A stretch of 64,000 nt of DNA from Candidatus Bathyarchaeota archaeon (GTDB lineage Archaea; Thermoproteota; Bathyarchaeia; Bathyarchaeales; Bathycorpusculaceae), in contig OY969706.1 in assembly GCA_963702095.1 (NCBI GenBank), positions 1,888,001 to 1,952,000 on the forward strand. Direction: 5' to 3'. Numbering within the stretch: the stretch's first letter is position 1; each line of letters begins with the position of its first letter. The translations under genes were made by a program, and so were the position numbers. Below are positions 58,248-64,000 of this stretch, piece after piece. The notes under the pieces were generated by a model, which saw only the letters and a program-made list of their open reading frames with translations, ran no database searches and was not told the DNA's origin.

Positions 58248-58828
58248 AGGTGCTGGTAATAGACAACTATGACAGCTTCGTCTACAACTTGGTGCAGTAC
58301 ATTGGCGAGCAGGGCGCGGAAACAGCCGTGTACAGAAACGACCAAATCACACTACAAGAGGCTGTGGCGCTTAAGCCTGACCGCATCGTCATCTCACCGG
58401 GCCCAGGCAACCCCGAAGACGACAAATATTTCGGCGTCTGCAAAGCCATCCTCCGAACGCTGAGCCCAACCGTGCCCACCTTAGGCGTATGCCTAGGCCA
58501 CCAAGGCATCATCCACACATACGGCGGCAAAGTCGTCCACGCCAAAAAACTCATGCATGGCAAAACCTGCACCATACGCCACAACACAGAAGGCATCTTC
58601 GAGGGCGTCCGCAACCCCTTCAACGCCACCCGCTACCACTCACTCGCAGGCGAACGCACCAGCATCCCCAGCTGCCTCGAAATCACCGCTGAAGCCATCG
58701 ACGACGGCGAAATCATGGGCGTCCGACACCGCAAATTCCCCATTTATGGCGTCCAATTCCACCCCGAGAGCATTCTGTGTGAAGACGGCAAACTCATTAT
58801 CAGGAACTTTTTGGAGACAAAACTATGA
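58244..58828 (+). CDS. trpG: Anthranilate synthase component II
   Basis: IDNYDSF, SPGPG, GVCLGHQ and QFHPES motifs. Confidence 0.96.
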   Translation: MKVLVIDNYDSFVYNLVQYIGEQGAETAVYRNDQITLQEAVALKPDRIVISPGPGNPEDDKYFGVCKAILRTLSPTVPTLGVCLGHQGIIHTYGGKVVHAKKLMHGKTCTIRHNTEGIFEGVRNPFNATRYHSLAGERTSIPSCLEITAEAIDDGEIMGVRHRKFPIYGVQFHPESILCEDGKLIIRNFLETKL

Positions 58829-59877
58829 TACGCGAAGGAATAGCCAAACTCATCGAGGGCACCGACTTAACCTACGAAGAATCAGGCGCCATCATGACGG
58901 AAATCATGTCGGGCAAAGCCACAAGTCCGCAGACCGCCGCGTTTCTAACAGCACTGCGGATGAAGGGCGAATCGGTGGAGGAACTCATCGCTTTTGCTTC
59001 GGTTATGAGGAGTCATTGCCGCCAAATCCACCCCAAAGTGCAGGGGCGACTGGTTGACACATGCGGTACGGGCGGAGATAGAATCAAAACTTTTAACGTC
59101 AGCACCGCCGCTGCATTCGTCATCGCAGGCGCAGGCGTCTCGGTGGCGAAGCATGGCAACCGCGCAGTCACAAGCAAAAGCGGAAGCGCCGACGTGCTAG
59201 AGAAACTCGGGGTCAACCTCACCGTGGAACCTCAGACAGTCGAAGTTGTCATCGAGCGGGTCGGCGTAGGCTTCATGTTCGCCCCAGCTTTTCACCCGGC
59301 CATGAAGCATGTGGCGCCGGTGAGGCGTGAAATCGGCATTCGAACAGTCTTCAATGTACTCGGTCCCTTAACGAACCCCGCTAATGCTTCGGCGCAGCTG
59401 CTGGGCGTCTATGACCCAAAGCTGGTGGCTCTGCTGGCATCAGCGTTGGGGCGGCTGGGCTGCCAAGAAGCCATCGTGGTACATGGACTCGACGGGCTAG
59501 ACGAAATCTCCACGGTTGGAACGACTGCTGTTGCGCACTTAAAAGACGGCAAAGTAACCGAAACCGAGATGTTGCCCAGTGATTTCGGAGTAAAAAAAGC
59601 TGACATCGCAGAGCTAAAGTGTGGCTCAGCGGAGGAAAGCGCGCAGGTAACCATCAAAATCTTGTCTGGAGAGTTGCTGGGTACCGCGAAAGCCGACATC
59701 GTGCTCGTCAACGCTGCTGCAGGCATCGTGGCTGGTGGAAAAGCTTCCTCGTTTGTACTGGGCATGGAGTTAGCCCAAAAATCTATCACCAGCGGTGCAG
59801 CCTACAGTAAATTAAAGAGTCTGGTTAAAATGTCAGGTGGAAACTTGCAGAAAATTGAGGAGCTTGAGCGTGCATGA
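58825..59877 (+). CDS. trpD: Anthranilate phosphoribosyltransferase
   Basis: DTCGTGGD, KHGNR and SGSADVLE motifs. Confidence 0.97.
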   Translation: MIREGIAKLIEGTDLTYEESGAIMTEIMSGKATSPQTAAFLTALRMKGESVEELIAFASVMRSHCRQIHPKVQGRLVDTCGTGGDRIKTFNVSTAAAFVIAGAGVSVAKHGNRAVTSKSGSADVLEKLGVNLTVEPQTVEVVIERVGVGFMFAPAFHPAMKHVAPVRREIGIRTVFNVLGPLTNPANASAQLLGVYDPKLVALLASALGRLGCQEAIVVHGLDGLDEISTVGTTAVAHLKDGKVTETEMLPSDFGVKKADIAELKCGSAEESAQVTIKILSGELLGTAKADIVLVNAAAGIVAGGKASSFVLGMELAQKSITSGAAYSKLKSLVKMSGGNLQKIEELERA

Positions 59878-60653
59878 CTGATTTCCTCGACACATTAGCC
59901 AAGGATGCTTTGGACAGTATTGATAGCGGATACTATAAGCACTACAGAACCGTTAAGCCCGTCCGCGCGAGCCTAAAAGCGGCGGTCTTAACATCCAAAG
60001 CTAACGCGGTAATAGCTGAAATAAAAGCGGCTTCCCCCTCCGTTGGAACCATCCGTAGCACTGTGGACGCGGCAGCCACAGCACAGGCGATGCAGAGGGG
60101 CGGTGCAGCAGGCTTATCGGTGCTAACAGAGCCCAAACACTTCAACGGCTCACTACAGGCGCTTAGCCAAGCTCGAGCAGCCGTGAAATTACCCATCCTT
60201 ATGAAGGATATTGTTCTGGTGCAAAAGCAAATTGAGGTGGCCTCCAAGCTGGGTGCCAATGCGATACTATTGATTGAGGCGCTTTTTGATAGGGGCTACT
60301 GCGACGTTGATGACGTAGAGCAAGCCATCGCTAATGCACATGGTTACGGGTTAGAGGTGCTGCTTGAAGCGCATACCGAGGCAGAATATCTTAAAGCGGT
60401 TCAGACCAAAGCGGACATAGTCGGCATCAACAACCGCAACCTAGCCACGCTACAAATCGACTTAGGCACCACCAAAACCATCCTACAGCGGCATGGCAAA
60501 CACGACAAAACCGTGATATCCGAAAGCGGCATCAAAACCGCCGACGACCTCAGATACCTGCGTAGCTGCGGCGCCGACGCTTTCCTAGTCGGCTCCAGCA
60601 TCATGTTAACAGAAGACATTGAATCGAAAGTCAGGGAGTTTGTAGAAACATGA
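59874..60653 (+). CDS. trpC: Indole-3-glycerol-phosphate synthase
   Basis: [23 protein letters not shown] and SESGI motifs. Confidence 0.96.
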   Translation: MTDFLDTLAKDALDSIDSGYYKHYRTVKPVRASLKAAVLTSKANAVIAEIKAASPSVGTIRSTVDAAATAQAMQRGGAAGLSVLTEPKHFNGSLQALSQARAAVKLPILMKDIVLVQKQIEVASKLGANAILLIEALFDRGYCDVDDVEQAIANAHGYGLEVLLEAHTEAEYLKAVQTKADIVGINNRNLATLQIDLGTTKTILQRHGKHDKTVISESGIKTADDLRYLRSCGADAFLVGSSIMLTEDIESKVREFVET

Positions 60654-61845
60654 AGTTAAGTGACAACCCAATAAATGGCAAATATGGCAAGTTCGGCGGA
60701 CGCTTCGTCCCCGAAGTCCTCATGGAAGCTATCACCGAACTCGAAAAAGCGTATGCGCAAGCAAAAGCTGACCCAGCGTTCCAGCGGCAACTGGACTATT
60801 ACCTCGCCGATTTCGTCGGCAGGCCCACACTGCTCTACTACGCCGAAAACCTCACCCGCAAACTCGGCGGCGCAAAAATCTACCTCAAACGCGAAGACCT
60901 CGCCCATGGAGGCGCCCACAAAATCAACAACACCCTCGGACAGGCATTACTCGCCAAGCGGATGGGTAAAACCCGCATCATCGCCGAAACTGGAGCGGGA
61001 CAACACGGCGTGGCAACAGCCATCGCATGCGCCGCGCTCGGCCTCAAAGGCATCGTGTACATGGGCACCGAGGACTGCGAACGCCAACGCCTAAACGTCT
61101 TCCGCATGAAACTGCTCAACACCGAAGTGTACCCCGTCGAATCCGGCTCAAAAACCCTCAAAGACAGCATCAACGAAGCCTTTCGCGACTGGGTAACCAA
61201 CCTCGAATCCACATACTACCTCATCGGCTCCACCATGGGGCCTCATCCTTACCCGATGATTGTGCGGGACTTCCAAAGCGTGATTGGCAAAGAAATAAAG
61301 CAGCAGTTCAAACAGAAAACCGGCGGTTTACCCGACGCTTTGGTGGCTTGTGTTGGCGGCGGCAGCAATGCGATGGGCACCTTCTACCCCTTCGAAGACG
61401 ACAAAGAAGTCAAGCTGTATGGTGTGGAAGCTGCGGGGGAAGGCATCGAAACGGGCAGGCACGCGGCAACGTTGGCGGCGGGGGAAGAGGGCGTGTTCCA
61501 TGGTATGTACACCTACATCCTTCAAGATAAAAATGGCCAAATCCAAAACACCACCAGCATCTCCGCGGGCTTAGATTACCCCGGAGTCGGCCCGAACATT
61601 CCTACCTCAAGACGATAAAGAGGGCGGAATACGGTTACGCAGATGACAAAGAAGCGGTCGACGCATTCCTCACGCTATGCAGAGAAGAAGGCATTCTGCC
61701 CGCTTTGGAGTCCTCGCATGCCTTGGCGTATGCCATGAAGTTGGCGCCCCAAATGCGCAGTGACCAATCCATAGTCGTTACGCTTTCAGGCAGGGGCGAC
61801 AAAGACGTGGAAACCATAGCAAACTACATAGGTGCAAAGATATGA
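60650..61845 (+). CDS. trpB: Tryptophan synthase beta chain with a 1-nt frameshift at about 61591-61593
   Basis: LKREDL..GAHK and [11 protein letters not shown] motifs. Adding one C restores PEHSYLK...[14 protein letters not shown]...LSGRGDKD, ending at TGA 61843-61845, which overlaps the trpA ATG. Confidence 0.93.
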
Positions 61846-62642
61846 CCAGCATAAAAGGAGCCTTCCAGAAAGCCGACGGCGGCTGCCTCATCGGCTACAT
61901 CACCGCAGGCGACCCCTCACCCGAGCAGACGCCCAAAATTGCGGATGCACTCATCAGGGGCGGCGTGGACATTTTGGAGTTGGGGCTGCCGTTTTCTGAT
62001 CCTATTGCGGATGGGCGTACCATTCAAGACGCCAGCCTACGCGCTTTGAACGCAGGCACAACTCCTATGCGGGTGCTTGAGATAGCGGCGGAAATCAAGA
62101 GCCAACATGACATCCCACTGGTGATAATGACTTACTATAACCCCGTGTTCCACTTTGGAGTCGACAAGTACCTTGCAGCAGCCAAAGAGCATGGCGTAGA
62201 CGGCTTCATCGTGCCAGACCTGCCAGTGGAAGAAGCAGACGACTACCGCAAAGCCGCCAAAGCACAGGGCTTAGACACGATTTTTCTTGCGTCCCCAGCC
62301 ACCTCCAAAGAGCGCTTGGTCAAAATCGTGGATGCCTCCTCAGGTTTCCTCTATTTGGTTTCGCGGTTCGGCGTCACCGGCGCACAGAGCAACGTAGAAG
62401 ACTCGACAGTGCAGCTGATAAAAAAGGTGCATCCGTTCACTGAGGGCAAAGTGCCTTTGGCGGTCGGTTTTGGCATTTCCAAGCCTGAGCATGTCAAACG
62501 GGTTATCGCAGCTGGAGCGGACGCAGCCATCGTTGGCAGCGCATTCATTAACATCACCCAAAAACACCAGCGCAACACAGAAGCTGTGCTCAGAGAACTG
62601 CAAATGACTGCCCAAGCGCTTAAGGCAGCCACAAAAATTTAG
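61842..62642 (+). CDS. trpA: Tryptophan synthase alpha chain
   Basis: [20 protein letters not shown] and VGFGIS motifs. Confidence 0.97.
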   Translation: MTSIKGAFQKADGGCLIGYITAGDPSPEQTPKIADALIRGGVDILELGLPFSDPIADGRTIQDASLRALNAGTTPMRVLEIAAEIKSQHDIPLVIMTYYNPVFHFGVDKYLAAAKEHGVDGFIVPDLPVEEADDYRKAAKAQGLDTIFLASPATSKERLVKIVDASSGFLYLVSRFGVTGAQSNVEDSTVQLIKKVHPFTEGKVPLAVGFGISKPEHVKRVIAAGADAAIVGSAFINITQKHQRNTEAVLRELQMTAQALKAATKI

Positions 62643-62668
62643 TCCCCTTTTTTAGTAGACTAAAAACT

Positions 62669-62805
62669 GTTCTGCTTGTAGAATTTGCCTCAACCAGCAA
62701 GCAACCCGCTTCCGTTGCAAAACGCAAAACACAGCCGCCAACACAACCCCCGAGAAGAAGATGAGCAAGGGCGGGCCTCTCTTCTTCTAAAACTAGAAAA
62801 AAATG
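62669..62805 (+). repeat. Dispersed intergenic element, copy E
   Basis: TTCTGCTTGTAGAATTTGCCTCAACCAGCAAGCAACC...GCAAAACACAGCCGCC...GAAGAAGATGAGCAAGGGCGGGCCTCTCTTCTTC...CTAGAAAAA. Confidence 0.7.
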
Positions 62806-62829
62806 ATCTGGGTATACTGCGCTTTGGAG

Positions 62830-62940
62830 TTAGCTGTCGTCGTCCCAGCATTCAAGGCACATGCCATCGCAGTTGTCATGGTCCTGTTGAGTTATTTGTC
62901 GGCCACAGGTTTTGCATCTAAGTTTGTTGTTTGTGCTCAT
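62830..62940 (-). CDS. 36-aa zinc-finger-like microprotein
   Basis: MSTNNKLRCKTCGRQITQQDHDNCDGMCLECWDDDS* with two CxxC pairs. Confidence 0.55.
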   Translation of the reverse strand: MSTNNKLRCKTCGRQITQQDHDNCDGMCLECWDDDS

Positions 62941-63083
62941 TGCCGTTCATCTGCAACCATGCTACATTTTCTTGCTTAATTAGAATTTTCATCGCCGAAT
63001 GCCAAAAAACCATGATTCAAGCCCAACTCCCGCCCTCCTTTTTTGGCATAAGTTTTATAATTGGACTAATCACTCTATTTGCG

Positions 63084-63401
63084 GCGATGGATCTTAGGCG
63101 GTGGGTTAGGGGTCCATTACTTCCGTAAATCCTCTACATGACGGGCTGACATCGGCAGCTGAGGCGTCAAAGGCCGCTTGGAGTTTCATTTCCGAACCAG
63201 TGACTATCCGTCCTTTGGGGCTGGCGGTCAACGGGCAGTTTCCGTAGGGAAACTGTTTCGTTGTTTAGCAGGCGAACCCGGCTAGGCTCGGGAGAGAGCA
63301 ACCTAAGTTTGGACGTTATGCGCTCAAGGGGGTGCGGGTAAGAGCGTAGGGTTTGAGGTTTCCAGGCGGAGTCTAGGCGTCGAACTGCCGCGGTCCATCG
63401 C
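63084..63401 (+). ncRNA. ffs: Archaeal signal recognition particle (7S) RNA
   Basis: Ends pair (GCGATGGATC / GGTCCATCGC); helix 6 GCAGTTTCC-GTAG-GGAAACTGT; helix 8 GGCTAGGCTC-GGGA-GAGAGCAACC; about 318 nt; upstream TTTATAA. Confidence 0.92.
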
Positions 63402-63455
63402 TACTTCTTTATCTTAACGCCTTATCGAAGTCGGAAAAAAGAGTTAAATTTACAG

Positions 63456-63740
63456 TTGGTAATTACATATCAGGCGATTAATGTGCCTTTAGAAAGCGTC
63501 GTTGAGGACTTTCCGTTATTTAATGAAAAAGAGGAAAAAGAACGTTTTCTTCTTGTTTTAGGTCTTCTTGCATCTCGGACTGTCACGTTTGGTAAAGCTG
63601 CCGAAATTTTGGGCATGTCTCGTTCAGAATTTTCAGCGTTGCTTAAAACTATCGGTTTTAAATACAGTTACTTAGATGAAAAAGAGTTAAGGGAAGAAGT
63701 AAAGGCTAGCAAAGGCTTACTTAAGAAGCGATGCAGTTGA
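63456..63740 (+). CDS. UPF0175 family putative antitoxin
   Basis: VTFGKAAEILGMSRSEF HTH motif. Confidence 0.85.
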   Translation: MVITYQAINVPLESVVEDFPLFNEKEEKERFLLVLGLLASRTVTFGKAAEILGMSRSEFSALLKTIGFKYSYLDEKELREEVKASKGLLKKRCS

Positions 63741-63916
63741 AGGTTACAGCAGACAGTTCAGTTTTGCTGGCGCTGGGTAAACTTGGTTACCCTAAACTTG
63801 TTAATGAGTTGTTTGACAAGGTTTTCGTGGCTCAATCTGTTTTTGAAGAGATAAGCGGAGGCTTCTGGATTGACACAGAATTATGCCTTAAAATACTCAA
63901 AACAAAACAGAATTAA
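63731..63916 (+). pseudogene. Internally deleted PIN-domain (DUF3368-like) toxin
   Basis: PIN N-terminus VTADSSVLLAL...QSVFEEI is joined directly to a DUF3368-like tail GFWIDTELC..IL; only 61 aa. Confidence 0.7.
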
Positions 63917-64000
63917 CCGTTCAATTCTACCATCGCCGCAGTTGAAATTTCAGGAATCACCTAAATACTGAAATCTAACCCATCACACTACTTGGCTGTG

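Noticed and set aside
62685-63128. ORFs 62685-62921 and 62931-63128
   Set aside because: They overlap the repeat element, the minus-strand microprotein and the SRP RNA start; likely spurious.
1-64000. CRISPR array, integrase, transposase or prophage genes
   Set aside because: No regularly spaced direct repeats or matching protein motifs were seen; the dispersed repeats are isolated single copies.

Overview
Archaeal chromosomal window, most likely Bathyarchaeia/TACK. This is inferred from the CCA-encoding archaeal tRNAs, 7S SRP RNA, proteasome alpha subunit, single-OB SSB, PolB2 cassette, archaeal thiolase/HMG-CoA synthase and many TM-anchored secreted proteins. It holds about 55 genes: ion and ammonium transporters with an Lrp regulator, uvrB-uvrA and uvrC split by a GH15 gene, a RadA-like/small protein/PolB2 operon, mevalonate-entry genes, pncB, glycosyltransferases, an ABC exporter, a trpEGDCBA operon without trpF, tRNA-Pro, tRNA-Lys, SRP RNA and a broken toxin-antitoxin pair. 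The most interesting signals are outside the ORF list: (1) a membrane-anchored wHTH regulator flanked by two secreted-protein genes that share an identically positioned palindromic operator (TGRAACG-N2-CGTTYCA); (2) a thiolase with all three catalytic motifs substituted, next to a DUF35-HMG-CoA synthase fusion; (3) a five-copy dispersed intergenic element with a covarying bulged hairpin; (4) a second, two-copy structured intergenic motif; (5) a shared palindromic operator linking amt and an ion-transport operon; (6) two unannotated Cys-rich microproteins. All calls come from reading the sequence only; no database searches were run.
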